This document shows, piece by piece, positions 63,435 to 64,000 of a stretch of DNA of 64,000 nucleotides. This DNA comes from Lama guanicoe (Eukaryota). The DNA lies in the NCBI GenBank assembly GCA_013239625.1, contig MU054220.1:6791367-6855366 (forward strand), given 5' to 3'. The notes under the pieces are model-generated. The model saw only the letters and a program-made list of their open reading frames with translations. It ran no database searches and was not told the DNA's origin. Both the position numbers and the translations under genes were made by a program. Numbering within the stretch: position 1 is the first letter of the stretch; each line of letters opens with the position of its first letter.

Positions 63435-63575
63435 TCAAGTTAATCATTCTGTGCTTCATTTTCTTCATTTGTCGAATGGGGATAATTGTGAAGATTAAAT
63501 GAGTTAGGATGTAACTCAGGTAAACTTAAGTTGCCTGTTATATAGTGACAGTATAATATGCATATCTATTATTCT
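63435..63575 (+). mobile_element. SINE MIR (3' half)
   Basis: CAAGTTAATCATTCTGTGCTTCATTTTCTTCATTTG...TGTGAAGATTAAATGAG. Confidence 0.78.
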
Positions 63576-64000
63576 ATGTAGGTTGTGTTTAAAGTATTTA
63601 TATACTTATTAAGTAACTTGAACTCTTGAATGCCTCTTTGAATCCATTGTGGAAAATTACAGAGTAGCAAGGTATAAATATAGAAATAAAATAGAATGAG
63701 ACCACACACACAAATAATCCAAATTGTATAGTGACTATATGGCCCTTAATGAATGTTAGGTATGCATGTTTAGCAAATGCAGTCTGCATTATGTAGAATT
63801 AAAGTTAAAAAAATTACTGTTCAACCAATATTTGAGTACCTTTAACGCTTTGCCTATAATAGTAGCTGCTAAGTAATGAGCAGTAGAAAAAGCCAGTTTC
63901 AAACTGTATCTTTAGAAAGTGGGATGGAAGGACAGAGGATGGAATTTTCAAAAGACAACAATTCATTTCAACATATTTCAGCTGTCTACTGCTTATTAGG

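Overview
This is AT-rich, CpG-depleted mammalian non-coding DNA, either deep intron or gene desert. I found no CpG island, recognisable protein-coding gene, structural RNA gene or CRISPR array. The ORF track looks like noise: the ORFs are short, many start at non-ATG codons, and several sit on repeats. The window is dominated by ancient eutherian repeats: L2, MIR, L1M/L1ME/HAL1, MLT1/MLT2 LTRs, MER20, MER58 and MADE2. Two younger insertions stand out. One is a tRNA-derived SINE at ~28960-29098 resembling the camelid SINE, which suggests a camel/alpaca/llama genome. The other is a MER41/MER51-like ERV1 solo LTR nested in an MLT1 LTR with a clean 4-bp TSD. Several repeat-poor stretches carry dense transcription-factor motif clusters and are enhancer candidates; the clearest is a 3xTEAD + AP-1 + 2xPBX/MEIS module at ~27010-27090. 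I found no supportable novel biological system. Repeat family calls come from remembered consensus sequences, not a search, and boundaries are approximate unless a TSD or TIR is given.
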